Assembly: GCA_964410675.1 (NCBI GenBank)
Contig: CAYPIB010000001.1
Span: 14,454 to 78,453, forward strand
Origin: an uncultured Roseburia sp.
Lineage (GTDB): Bacteria > Bacillota > Clostridia > Lachnospirales > Lachnospiraceae
Direction: 5' to 3'
DNA length: 64,000 bases
Below the pieces are notes generated by a model. The model saw only the letters and a program-made list of their open reading frames with translations, searched no databases and was not told the DNA's origin. The translations under genes were made by a program, and so were the position numbers. Positions 35,350 through 44,933 of this stretch are shown in pieces (positions within the stretch are counted from its first letter, which is position 1; each line of letters opens with the position of its first letter).

Positions 35350-37566
35350 TTGAAAACCAAAAGAGATAAAACTATTAAAAATGTCTTAATCTTTTTTCTG
35401 CTTTTTTCAGGTGTAGTACTTGCCTTGTTTCTTTATGCCCACAATCTGAAAAAGCAATTAAACGAAAATATTAATACTACACTAAAAGAAATATCAGAAC
35501 AAAGTGTCATTACAATTGAAAATGAAGTTAAATCCGAATTCTATCTTATTGAAGAAATTGCATCAAGATTAAGTTATGAACAGCCTTTTAATATTGACGA
35601 ATCGATGGAATATCTAAAACATATTTGTAAAAGATATACTTTTAAACAAATGGGTATTAGATACAAAGACGGAACCACCTATACTACTGATGATATCATG
35701 CTGGACTTAAGTTACAGTGTAATTTTTGATCCCGTCTTTCAAGGTGAAACCATTGTATCTGATTGTAAATATGATAAAATTGATAATGAACAAATAATTA
35801 TATATGCAACCTCTATAAAGGAAAACGGTGAAGTGATCGCTTCTCTTTTTGCAACCTTCACCATTGAAAATTTTAGAGATTTAATGTCCGTAAATACTTT
35901 TAACAACTCTGGATACTCCTATATTGTGAAACAAAATGGTGATACCGTAATTGATTCTGTCCATCCGATTAGTTTTGTAAATATGACTAATATCCTTAAA
36001 TCAATTAGTGAAGCCGATAAAAATAATGTGGAATGCTGTGCTGAATTACAAAAAAATATGAATGCCAGAAAATCCGGAGACATTATTTTTACAAATAAAA
36101 TCGATAAATATCTTTATTATACTCCTCTGGGTGTTAACGACTGGTATCTTATGAACGTAGTACCAAAATCAGTTGCCGAAAAAAGTGTGTCTGTAGTTAT
36201 GTTAATGACATATGCACTTTGCACCGTTGTAGCCTTAATTTCGGTTTTATTTATGCTTTATTTAATAAACTTAGAAAAAAAGAAGCGGGAATCAGTTCAT
36301 AAAATTTTATATATAGATCCATTAACCGAAGGCAAATCTTATACTAAATTTTCTATTGATACTACTTTAAGCCTGAAGCAGCATAAAGAAAAAGCGGCAT
36401 ACCTTGTAATGGATTTAGATAATTTTAATCTTATTAGTGAAGTATATGGACATGAGGCCGGAAATAATATAATTAAGTATATTCACGAAACAATAAAACA
36501 GTTTGCTCCGGAAACAATGGAGTTTGCCAGACGTGTCGCAGATAATTTTGTTGCATTAATTTACTATGATACAAAAGAAAAATTATTAGAAGATTTAACA
36601 GAATTTTGTAATGTTATTCAAGAAAATCAGCCATGGTATAAAAATGAGTATATTATAAAACCTAAAATCGGTGTTTATTTTATCGACGATCACAATGAAA
36701 ATTTACAAAGAATAGAGAATTTAGCTTCTATCGCCAGAACTTCCATTAACGATAATCATGAACAGCTTGTCGCCTTCTATGAAGACTTTTATAAGGATCA
36801 ATTATTATATAATAAGCAGTTGGAAGATCAAATGGAAATTGCTTTTAAGAATGATGAGTTTGTACCATTTTTTCAGCCAAAGTATGATACTCAGTCACAG
36901 CAGATTATTGGTGCTGAAGCATTGGCCAGATGGATAAAACCGGATCAAACAATTATATCCCCGGGTGTTTTTATACCGCTCGCCGAAAGCAACGGTTTTG
37001 TCGTTAAACTTGACAGCATGATGTTTAGAAAAGTATGCGAAAGACAGAGAGAATTATTAGATAAGGGTTATAAACCTGTTCCTATATCAGTAAACCTATC
37101 CCGTCAGGTTCTTTATAACAGGCAGTTTATTAATGAATATACCGATATTGTAAAAAAATACAATATTCCGCCTGATTTAGTTCAGCTTGAGATTACCGAA
37201 AGTACAATGTTTGAAAATCAAGATGAGTTTAAGTATATTATTGATGAGCTTCACGAGCATGGTTTTAAAATATTAATGGATGACTTTGGTGTTGGTTATT
37301 CTTCCCTTCAAATGCTTAAGTCGATACCAATTGATGTAATGAAACTAGATAAAAGTTTTGTTAATGACTATAACGATACTAAAAGCCGAAAAATATTGGT
37401 TGGAGTTATCAATCTTGCCAAAACATTGGACATTGCCGTCATCGCAGAAGGTGTTGAAACAAAAGACCAGTATGAATTTTTAAAGGAAATGTGCTGTAAT
37501 GCCATTCAAGGATTCTATTTTGCAAAACCAATGCCTTTTAATGAATTCCTTAAGAAACTAGAGTAA
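35350..37566 (+). CDS. Membrane c-di-GMP phosphodiesterase: Cache-like sensor, degenerate GGDEF, intact EAL
   Basis: Two TM segments flank a ~250-aa extracytoplasmic domain. The GGDEF position reads RVADNF. EAL-domain motifs are present: GAEALARW, SVNLS, LEITES, DDFGVGYSS, KLDKSF, EGVET and QGFYFAKP. TTG start after GGGAGG. Confidence 0.88.
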   Translation: MKTKRDKTIKNVLIFFLLFSGVVLALFLYAHNLKKQLNENINTTLKEISEQSVITIENEVKSEFYLIEEIASRLSYEQPFNIDESMEYLKHICKRYTFKQMGIRYKDGTTYTTDDIMLDLSYSVIFDPVFQGETIVSDCKYDKIDNEQIIIYATSIKENGEVIASLFATFTIENFRDLMSVNTFNNSGYSYIVKQNGDTVIDSVHPISFVNMTNILKSISEADKNNVECCAELQKNMNARKSGDIIFTNKIDKYLYYTPLGVNDWYLMNVVPKSVAEKSVSVVMLMTYALCTVVALISVLFMLYLINLEKKKRESVHKILYIDPLTEGKSYTKFSIDTTLSLKQHKEKAAYLVMDLDNFNLISEVYGHEAGNNIIKYIHETIKQFAPETMEFARRVADNFVALIYYDTKEKLLEDLTEFCNVIQENQPWYKNEYIIKPKIGVYFIDDHNENLQRIENLASIARTSINDNHEQLVAFYEDFYKDQLLYNKQLEDQMEIAFKNDEFVPFFQPKYDTQSQQIIGAEALARWIKPDQTIISPGVFIPLAESNGFVVKLDSMMFRKVCERQRELLDKGYKPVPISVNLSRQVLYNRQFINEYTDIVKKYNIPPDLVQLEITESTMFENQDEFKYIIDELHEHGFKILMDDFGVGYSSLQMLKSIPIDVMKLDKSFVNDYNDTKSRKILVGVINLAKTLDIAVIAEGVETKDQYEFLKEMCCNAIQGFYFAKPMPFNEFLKKLE

Positions 37567-37569
37567 AAT

Positions 37570-37603
37570 CAGTCCTCTTTATATTCTAAAGAGGACTGTT
37601 TTA
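37570..37603 (+). terminator. Rho-independent terminator
   Basis: CAGTCCTCTTTA .. TAAAGAGGACTG, followed by TTTTAT. Confidence 0.8.
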
Positions 37604-37642
37604 TATCAAGAGTACAGTATTCTTAATAAGAATGAATGCTTC

Positions 37643-39040
37643 TTATTTTCTATTTTTTAATTGAAGAAGTGATACAAAAGAAGTGTTTTTGGGCCGTATA
37701 GTTTTGGAATCCTTAAAAAAATCTTTTGTTAACTTTACAATTGTTGAAGTCAATGCAAACATTGCAATTAGGTTTGGAACCGCCATGAGTCCATTAAATA
37801 AATCTGCAAGCTCCCATACTACATCAACCTCTGCAATACATCCAACAAAGACTAATAATACAAATATTATTTGGTAAGCTGCGACTGCCTTTCTTCCTGC
37901 AATATACTCTAATGCCTTTTCAGCATAATAATACCAAGCGATTATAGTAGCAAATGCAAAAAGTACCAGACCAATTGATACTACATACTGTCCACCCGGA
38001 ATTGCATTTTGAAATGCTGTTAATGATATTTCTGTACCATCCAAACTAGAATCATTCCATAACCCGCTAGTAATAATTACTAATGCTGTAATTGTGCACA
38101 TCACTATTGTATCAAAAAACACTTCAAAAGCCCCCCAGCATCCTTGCCTTGCCGGATGATCCGTATTGGCTGCAGCATGTGCTATAGGTGCAGAACCTAG
38201 CCCTGCTTCATTTGTAAAGACTCCTCTGGCAACACCAATTCTAGCCGCATATAACATTGTGGAACCAGCAAATCCTCCTACTGCAGCCGTTCCCGTAAAA
38301 GCATCTTTTATAATCATCATGAATGCCCCAGGTATCTTATTAAAATTTATTATTAACACAATAACAGCAACAATAATATACATAATCGCCATAAATGGAA
38401 CTAATCTCTCTGCTACTACTGAAATTCTCTTTATACCTCCAATGATTACAAGGCTTACTAAAATCGCTAATACGATTCCTGTTATAGCGACAGGAATTTT
38501 AAAGGCTGACTCCAGTCCACCGGATACAGCGTTAGCCTGCACCATATTTCCAACACCAAAAGAAGCTATGACTGCAAATATACAGAATAAAACAGCCGTT
38601 TTTTTCCAACCAAGCCCTTTGCTGATATAATACATTGGTCCGCCCACATATTCATTTTTATCATTCTTTTCTCTATAAGCTACCGCTAAAGTACTTTCAC
38701 AAAATTTTGTAACCATTCCTAAAACAGCACATATCCACATCCAAAAAATAGAACCCGGACCGCCGATACTGATAGCTATTGCAATTCCAACAATATTACC
38801 GGTTCCAACAGTAGCTGCCAAAGCCGTACATACTGCTTGAAAAGGTGTAATCGTTCCTTCTTCATTATTTACTTGCTTTTTAAAAATAGTCTTTAGTGTA
38901 TTTGCCATAACGGTTCCAAAACGAGTAAAAATTATTCCCTTTGTACGAATTGTCAAATAAAGTCCTGTTCCTAACATTAAAACAAGCATGGGAATCCCCC
39001 ATATAACATTATCGTTTAACCAAACTATCGCTTTTAGCAT
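37643..39040 (-). CDS. Alanine/glycine:cation symporter (AGCS family)
   Basis: GTGNIVGIAIAISIGGPGSIFWMW and TNEAGLGSAPIAHAAA signatures, with about 11 TM segments. Confidence 0.92.
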   Translation of the reverse strand: MLKAIVWLNDNVIWGIPMLVLMLGTGLYLTIRTKGIIFTRFGTVMANTLKTIFKKQVNNEEGTITPFQAVCTALAATVGTGNIVGIAIAISIGGPGSIFWMWICAVLGMVTKFCESTLAVAYREKNDKNEYVGGPMYYISKGLGWKKTAVLFCIFAVIASFGVGNMVQANAVSGGLESAFKIPVAITGIVLAILVSLVIIGGIKRISVVAERLVPFMAIMYIIVAVIVLIINFNKIPGAFMMIIKDAFTGTAAVGGFAGSTMLYAARIGVARGVFTNEAGLGSAPIAHAAANTDHPARQGCWGAFEVFFDTIVMCTITALVIITSGLWNDSSLDGTEISLTAFQNAIPGGQYVVSIGLVLFAFATIIAWYYYAEKALEYIAGRKAVAAYQIIFVLLVFVGCIAEVDVVWELADLFNGLMAVPNLIAMFALTSTIVKLTKDFFKDSKTIRPKNTSFVSLLQLKNRK

Positions 39041-39305
39041 TACGTTTCCTCCATAAACTTAAGTATAGTTTATAAACATGTTGTGTTCATTACTATTATG
39101 TTTATATTTATAAAATAACAAAAAAATAGAAAGGATTTAGATGCGTAAGCAAAATTTGCCAACTCAAAACTCTTTCTTTTCACATATAAATTAATCATTA
39201 TATTAACATAATTCATTAATGAATACAATTTTATTTTCAAATCCGCATACAATATCCCACTAATAATATCACCTCTTGGTAATACTTCACCAAGAGGTAT
39301 GTCAA

Positions 39306-40013
39306 TTAAATATTAATATTTGCTTTCTTTGCTTGACTGCATAAATCACGCACATTTAATGTGTAGGATTTTCCATCTTTGTAAAAATGTGTACCGCATT
39401 GTCTAAATTCAAAGTGAACATTTTGAGCGATACATTGTTCCCGTATGAAAAGTACCCACTCATAATCAAGAGTTCTGGCATTTCTGTCCGACTCTCCTCC
39501 AACGACTACTAACTCAATATCCTCAAGATACTGCTCGATGTTTATTCTCGCAATGAGCGGTTGGCAGATAATATTCTTGTGCTTAATAGGAAGTTCCTTG
39601 AAAATAGACAATCTGTAATCTGCTCTGTCTTGATTTTCAACTGTGCAGCCAACGGTAACATTATCATAACCATTTCCCCAGTTTTCGGGAATACATTCCA
39701 TAAACCGTTCAATCCGCTTTGTGAGAAAGATGAAATTCAAATCAGAACGCTCCTTTATCATTTGCCAGCATTCTTCTCTCCAAGCATCCGCATCCTCGAT
39801 TAAAAAATCGGTAGAAAAACAAAAATACACCATTTGTCCTGACTTCATCTTATAAGCTCCTGATTTGTTCGTTGCAACAGGAGCATAAAAATTGTCCGTT
39901 TTTATAATGTTCTTCGTTTCAATCCCTCGTTTAAAATCACCTTTATGAATATAGCAATACTTACAGCCTTCACTATATCTTTGACAACCACGCCACGGGT
40001 TCCACATCGCCAT
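39306..40013 (-). CDS. DUF5131 (phage Gp37/Gp68 family) protein
   Basis: N-terminus MWNPWRGCQRYSEGCKYCY matches the family hallmark W-N-P-x-x-G-C-x6-C-x2-C-Y. A 10-bp hairpin ACCTCTTGGT/ACCAAGAGGT lies at 39271-39298, just downstream. Confidence 0.8.
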   Translation of the reverse strand: MAMWNPWRGCQRYSEGCKYCYIHKGDFKRGIETKNIIKTDNFYAPVATNKSGAYKMKSGQMVYFCFSTDFLIEDADAWREECWQMIKERSDLNFIFLTKRIERFMECIPENWGNGYDNVTVGCTVENQDRADYRLSIFKELPIKHKNIICQPLIARINIEQYLEDIELVVVGGESDRNARTLDYEWVLFIREQCIAQNVHFEFRQCGTHFYKDGKSYTLNVRDLCSQAKKANINI

Positions 40014-40030
40014 ATAAAAACCTCATTTGA

Positions 40031-40822
40031 TTATTCTAAGTTCATTTGATATACTTTGACATAATCAATTTCAAATTTGTTATTTTCATTTTTAATGTTT
40101 TCTAAATCATATAAATTTAGCATTAATTGCATCGGATAGTTTGGAATTTGTTTAATACTATTTATCAAAGTTCCATTTATATAGAAATCAATCGAATCAG
40201 GTTTCCAATCTATCGCATAGACATTCCATTCCTTGGTATTTAAATCAAATTCTTGTTCATAAAAACAATCACTTAAAGAGGTATCTCCGAAAGGATGCAC
40301 TCCATAGCCAATAACTGCTTTGTCTTTTTGAGTATTATAACCTTTTAACTCAAAAATGCATATTTCTGCAGATTGCTCCCTTGTTTCCTCAATACCAATC
40401 AACCACAATGCCGCAACATTCTCTTTAGAAAGTTTGCATTTGGCGCGAAACTCTATATAGCCAAATAGTGGTGCAACCTTAAGTTCTTTATCTTGAGCTT
40501 CTCGAACCACCAGTCCCTTTTTAAAATGATGCTGCCCCTTCTTGCTGCCAACCTGTCCAGAAAGTACTCCCGTTTGAAGGTTTGAAACCCTTACCCCGCC
40601 ATTGTATTCCGGACACCATGGTTTTTGTTCATCAGAAATATATAATGATAAAATACTGTCCCTAATGATATACGATGGTCTGGATGCTTCTCTGCTGCTC
40701 CACTGAGGTAAATAGAATGGAAACCAATAATTATCATTAAGCTTATTCTCTAAAAAATCATCGTACATAATTAGTTCATATTTTTCTTTTTCCATACAAT
40801 TTAACATATTACCTTGCCCCAT
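40031..40822 (-). CDS. GH16-like (concanavalin-fold) protein, cytoplasmic
   Basis: WPALW-type block AALWLIG and a catalytic-strand analogue EICIFELKG (canonical is E-x-D-x-x-E). No signal peptide. Strong SD AGGAGG. Confidence 0.65.
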   Translation of the reverse strand: MGQGNMLNCMEKEKYELIMYDDFLENKLNDNYWFPFYLPQWSSREASRPSYIIRDSILSLYISDEQKPWCPEYNGGVRVSNLQTGVLSGQVGSKKGQHHFKKGLVVREAQDKELKVAPLFGYIEFRAKCKLSKENVAALWLIGIEETREQSAEICIFELKGYNTQKDKAVIGYGVHPFGDTSLSDCFYEQEFDLNTKEWNVYAIDWKPDSIDFYINGTLINSIKQIPNYPMQLMLNLYDLENIKNENNKFEIDYVKVYQMNLE

Positions 40823-40838
40823 ATTGTCCTCCTATTCC

Positions 40839-41162
40839 TTAAACTACGATTTTAAAGTCAACAAAGATATATAGGAATAGAAGCATTGCAGCAACGGTTA
40901 AAATCGTCAGTAATACGCCTTTTAATAATGACAAAAACATTCCTTTTTTCCATCTTCTCGATAACTTTATAACCGCATCTGCTTCTTTTAAATTTTGTTC
41001 TATATGCATATCTGGTATAGCTTGATTCATTGCTTCCAATTCAGCTTTACAGCCTTCACATCCTGCAAGATGTTCCTCGACCATCACTTTGCTTTCATTG
41101 CTGCATATATCGTCATGGTACAAGGGAAGTAAGTCCCCGATAACCTCACATGATAGTTTCAT
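40839..41162 (-). CDS. Anti-sigma factor, zf-HC2 type with one TM segment
   Basis: MKLSCEVIGDLLPLYHDDICS..HLAGCEGCKAEL. The ATG overlaps the sigma-factor stop codon (ATGA overlap). It has a C-terminal TM helix. Confidence 0.85.
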   Translation of the reverse strand: MKLSCEVIGDLLPLYHDDICSNESKVMVEEHLAGCEGCKAELEAMNQAIPDMHIEQNLKEADAVIKLSRRWKKGMFLSLLKGVLLTILTVAAMLLFLYIFVDFKIVV

Positions 41163-41632
41163 TTCATCGCCTCCTGTAATTGTTTTTTTGCCCTGTAAAA
41201 AATCAATCTCGCCCAACTGTCTGTTTTTTCGAACAGTTCCCCGATTTGAAAAAATGACAGTTCTCCAAATACTCTCAATGTAAACACTTCTTTATACGGC
41301 TCCTTCAAATTGTGAAGTAAAATGTGCAACTGCCGTATCGCTTCTTTATCAAGATAATCTGTTTCTAAATTGAGCGTGGTATCAGATAAATTTGTATCCA
41401 AGTCCGATACGATTCGTTTTTGTTTTAGATAAAGCGTAAAATATGTGTTTTTTGCAATCTGGCAAAGCCATACATATAATTTACAAGTTCCGTTAAACTT
41501 GTCAATGTGATGCATCGCTTTAAAAAAGGTTTCCTGTGTAACCTCTTCTGTAATTGCTTCATCCCGACTGAGAGATAAAACATATTGATACACATCCGCA
41601 AAGTGCTTCTCATATATTTCGCCGAAATCCAT
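41159..41632 (-). CDS. ECF-type RNA polymerase sigma-70 factor
   Basis: Region 2 (FADVYQYVLSLSRDEAITEEVTQETFFKA) and region 4 (PYKEVFTLRVFGELSFFQIGELF). The ATG at 41632 follows GGAGGTGA. Confidence 0.9.
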   Translation of the reverse strand: MDFGEIYEKHFADVYQYVLSLSRDEAITEEVTQETFFKAMHHIDKFNGTCKLYVWLCQIAKNTYFTLYLKQKRIVSDLDTNLSDTTLNLETDYLDKEAIRQLHILLHNLKEPYKEVFTLRVFGELSFFQIGELFEKTDSWARLIFYRAKKQLQEAMK

Positions 41633-41731
41633 CACTTTCTCACCTCCAAGTATAAGACTGGGCATTACCAAAAGCGTTTCAAACTATATTATAAAATTTC
41701 TATCCAATTACCATAACACTAAGAAAATCAG

Positions 41732-42361
41732 CTAAAAAATGCACAATGATAGGACAATAACGAATACACATTGAGTCGCTACGGCCGCAATTGGAAATGT
41801 GCCGGTTAAATAAAGTTTTATAAAATATGCAGGTAAATGCAATAAGACAAACAATATTGTAGATATAATATTTGCCTTTCTCTCTGATACAAATGCCGAT
41901 AATGCGTTTAATCCCCATCCCCGATAAACAAGCTCTTCAACAAATGCTACCATAACAAATGTTGGGAAATGCTTGTAAAAATTGAACGTTGGATTTATCC
42001 AAAAACCTCCATGATTAAAAAACATTGCACCTAAAGTATATATAATAATAATTGCTACTGTAATAATAAACGGTTTCATGTGGGGTTTATTTGTAAAAAG
42101 CTGTTTCCATGTTGTAGGAATATCTTTAGCATATAGCTTTAATAGAATGATTGCAGGAACAGCCCATAAAAACCGACTGATAAAATCATATATGTAATTT
42201 ATCAGACTGCCTCTCTGTGTGCCGAAAAAAAGTCTCGTATAATTCCAGGCATTTGTCACCATCGCCCATAACACTACAAACATAATAAGTGAAATGATGA
42301 CCTTCCTAAAAGATAATTGATAAGCCTTTTGTTGTGTACTATTCTTCAATTGATTTCTCAT
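41732..42361 (-). CDS. CPBP (CAAX/Abi) family intramembrane protease
   Basis: FVEELVYRGWGLN motif, later LLHLP, and multiple TM segments. Overlaps the TetR gene end by 23 nt. Confidence 0.82.
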   Translation of the reverse strand: MRNQLKNSTQQKAYQLSFRKVIISLIMFVVLWAMVTNAWNYTRLFFGTQRGSLINYIYDFISRFLWAVPAIILLKLYAKDIPTTWKQLFTNKPHMKPFIITVAIIIIYTLGAMFFNHGGFWINPTFNFYKHFPTFVMVAFVEELVYRGWGLNALSAFVSERKANIISTILFVLLHLPAYFIKLYLTGTFPIAAVATQCVFVIVLSLCIF

Positions 42362-43022
42362 TTCTATTGCCTCCCAGCATCATAAGAACTGTTTCGCAAA
42401 GGGTATCGAATAATCCGATAACATCTTGCGAACCTTTTGTCTGATTAAAATTAACAGAATTTTTGAATCGCATATCATGTAATAAAATACCATCACAACT
42501 GGCTGAAACAAAGGAAGCTATTTTATAAAGCGGCATGACTGGTTTAAAATAACCGCTTTCAATGTGTTTCATTGCAAAAGTAAATGCTAATTCAAGTGCA
42601 GAATGATTACTTTCTTTGACTTTTAATCCATTTTGTATTTTTTCTCCCCGTTTTGGGTAAGCCTCATACAGCATCAAAAGCTCAAAGCGAATTTTACTGA
42701 ACAAACTGGACGAGTGATTTATATATTGTGCAAGGCATAAAAACGCCTCACGGATTACCTCTTCCGGCTTAAGTTCCTGATTCAGTATATCTTTTAATTT
42801 ATCTTTGTAATCAATGCTTCTAAAGGAACGGTTATGAACATCTATAATAATCTCATCTATATCCTTAAAATATCGATAAATTGCCCCTTGACTGAACCCT
42901 GCATGGTCAATAATATCCTGCATGGTTACTGCAAATAAAGGTTTTTTCATGAAGACCTCAAATGCGGCATCTAATATTTGATTTTTTTTAGAATCCAAAT
43001 ATTCCTTACTTACCTTTGGCAC
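42339..43022 (-). CDS. TetR/AcrR-family transcriptional regulator
   Basis: N-terminal HTH ILDAAFEVFMKKPLFAVTMQDIIDHAGFSQGAIYRYF. Confidence 0.9.
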   Translation of the reverse strand: MPKVSKEYLDSKKNQILDAAFEVFMKKPLFAVTMQDIIDHAGFSQGAIYRYFKDIDEIIIDVHNRSFRSIDYKDKLKDILNQELKPEEVIREAFLCLAQYINHSSSLFSKIRFELLMLYEAYPKRGEKIQNGLKVKESNHSALELAFTFAMKHIESGYFKPVMPLYKIASFVSASCDGILLHDMRFKNSVNFNQTKGSQDVIGLFDTLCETVLMMLGGNRNEKSIEE

Positions 43023-43234
43023 AAAAACATCTCCTTAATTAAAATGAAACATGATTCATTTTTATTTTACTCGCTAAAAAGGACTTCGTCAATAATTTTT
43101 TGTATCGTTTTACAAAGTATAGGTAGATTATCAATAATACCTCTTCATGTTATAATCTAATAAAATTTCAGGTAAATATTTTTTTGTTTACTGAGATGTG
43201 TTAATATATATTTATTAAAATTAGGAGGTCATAT

Positions 43235-43732
43235 ATGTTTAGAGAAATGCGAAGAAAAAAACAGCTTTTACCTGAAGAACTGACAGAGCAGATTATGAAC
43301 AAGGGAATAACAGGTGTCTTAGGTGTAACAGGTGATGACGGTTATCCATATACCGTTCCGGTGAACTATGTCTATGAGAACCGAATTATCTACTTTCATT
43401 GTGCTAAATCCGGTCATAAGCTCGATGCCATTAGAAATGACAACAAGGTGTCCTTCTGTGTAATTGAAAAAGAGGATGTTATTCCAGAAAAATTTACAGC
43501 CTGTTTCAGAAGTGCCATTGCGTTTGGCACAGCATCAGAAATTACCGATGATGATGAAAAACTGCGGATGATGCGTCTGCTAAACAATAAATACTCTCCC
43601 GGTCTTGATGAAGACGGTGAAAAAGCAATTCAAAGAGAATGGAATATTCTATGCGTTATCAAAATTAATGTTGAGCACCTGACTGGAAAAGAAGGCATCG
43701 AGCTTGTGAAGCAACGTAAAAAGGTAGAGTAA
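43235..43732 (+). CDS. Pyridoxamine 5'-phosphate oxidase-family (Nim-like) flavoprotein
   Basis: MFREMRRKKQLLPEE..GVLGVTGDDGYPYTVPVNYVY..IYFHCAKSGHK is a typical PNPOx split-barrel pattern. Confidence 0.85.
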   Translation: MFREMRRKKQLLPEELTEQIMNKGITGVLGVTGDDGYPYTVPVNYVYENRIIYFHCAKSGHKLDAIRNDNKVSFCVIEKEDVIPEKFTACFRSAIAFGTASEITDDDEKLRMMRLLNNKYSPGLDEDGEKAIQREWNILCVIKINVEHLTGKEGIELVKQRKKVE

Positions 43733-43851
43733 AGATAACGTGTTACCATAAAAAAATCCGACTGGCTGTTACACCAATCGGCTGCGAGAAATATAGTATT
43801 ATTGTTAAGGGGAATTTACAATCTGCTTAGTTTGCCTTTGTTATGCAGAGA

Positions 43852-44319
43852 TTAACTTTTTAAAAGCGTTTCTAAATCCGCTATAGTCACATCCATACGT
43901 TTGGAAATTTCCTCCATTGACATTCCAGAATCAAGGAAACGCTTTACAACCATCTTCATATTCTCGCCAACTTCAATAATATGTCCATCCAAATCGTAAA
44001 AGCGTATCGAGCGTTGACCCCATCCTGCTTCTTTAACGCCCTCACCCATATACCTAATATCATCACGCTGCTCTAATTTGGCAATAAAATCATCAAAATC
44101 GTCTTCCTCGAAGTACAACTCCATATTATGGGGTTCCTTCAATACGCTTTCCTTCGGAATATTTAACAGCCAATCAAATTCCTGCTGCAAAGAAAGCCCA
44201 CCATAAAAAGAGAGGTTAATCCCATAATCTTGAAACACTTTAAGTTCAAATAAATCCTCATAGAATTTTCTTGCAAGTTTTACATCGCTTACAGCAATGC
44301 AGATACCATGATATTTCAT
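43852..44319 (-). CDS. VOC (glyoxalase/bleomycin-resistance) family protein
   Basis: MKYHGICIAVSDVKLARKFYEDLF .. RFYDLDGHIIEV. The ATG at 44319 follows AAAGGAG. The track ORF extends to 44421. Confidence 0.8.
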   Translation of the reverse strand: MKYHGICIAVSDVKLARKFYEDLFELKVFQDYGINLSFYGGLSLQQEFDWLLNIPKESVLKEPHNMELYFEEDDFDDFIAKLEQRDDIRYMGEGVKEAGWGQRSIRFYDLDGHIIEVGENMKMVVKRFLDSGMSMEEISKRMDVTIADLETLLKS

Positions 44320-44585
44320 AATATTTGCTCCTTTATTTTTTAATATTATTAGATAATTATGAAACTCATTTCTGGTAGGGAGAATCTCATCCAAGCCGCC
44401 ACGCAGAAATGAGTTTTGCAATTATCTATTAAGTTTTATATCTCTTAAGTGAGATTATATCATCTTTTCATGGATTGTGCCTCAGTTTTTTACCATTAGC
44501 TCTACGAAAATCTGCTTCAAGAGACCACAAAAGTCATTCTCCCATGTTCGTAAAATCATCCTCTTTACTGAAATAAGCTTGCAAG

Positions 44586-44921
44586 TTATTTATCAGTTGA
44601 GGATGGCTTTATCCAACATATTGTATTGGCTAAAACTGCCACAACTGCTATTGTTCCGAACAAGCCCCACGGAATAATCCAAGAAATAGCCGAGGGCATT
44701 TCAAATCGATAAAATGTTGCTGTACCAAAAATTATTGCCAGCATACTTGTACCGCCACCTACAACACGACAAAGTCTTTTTTTATTATATCTTTGCTTTT
44801 GCTCTTTACTTGCCGTATTGAACCCTGCTATTAAGAAACTGCCTTTTCCCATTAGTAAAACAATTGATATTGCTGCAAGTATAGCAACAACAAGCCAAGG
44901 TACCCATATTGGTGCATTCAT
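44586..44921 (-). CDS. DUF3784-like small membrane protein
   Basis: GKGSFLIAGFNTASKEQKQRYNKKRL between TM helices matches the DUF3784 pattern (from memory). Confidence 0.65.
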   Translation of the reverse strand: MNAPIWVPWLVVAILAAISIVLLMGKGSFLIAGFNTASKEQKQRYNKKRLCRVVGGGTSMLAIIFGTATFYRFEMPSAISWIIPWGLFGTIAVVAVLANTICWIKPSSTDK

Positions 44922-44933
44922 TGTTATGTCCTC

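Noticed and set aside
38166-38630. Long antisense or alternative-frame ORFs inside well-supported genes (also 21608-22111, 52888-53298, 54343-54834, 63177-63542, 3169-3486 and similar)
   Set aside because: These are shadow ORFs opposite or overlapping strongly recognised genes. They have low-complexity or biased translations and no start signals.
39041-39305. Expected a glycine riboswitch in the ~265-nt leader of the alanine/glycine:cation symporter gene
   Set aside because: The minus strand shows no GGAGAG..ACCGAAGGGGCAA-type conserved cores and no tandem aptamer architecture. It has only AT-rich sequence and the 10-bp hairpin (39271-39298) that belongs to the end of the upstream DUF5131 gene.
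39306-40013. Prophage remnant suggested by the phage Gp37/Gp68-family gene
   Set aside because: It is a single gene embedded in an ECF-sigma operon. There is no integrase, terminase, capsid, tail or lysis gene nearby, no att-like repeats, and no compositional shift.
41700-41918. 72-aa and 62-aa ORFs overlapping the CPBP and sigma-factor genes (41700-41918, 41425-41613)
   Set aside because: They are out-of-frame overlaps with recognised genes, with implausible Cys/Ile-rich translations.
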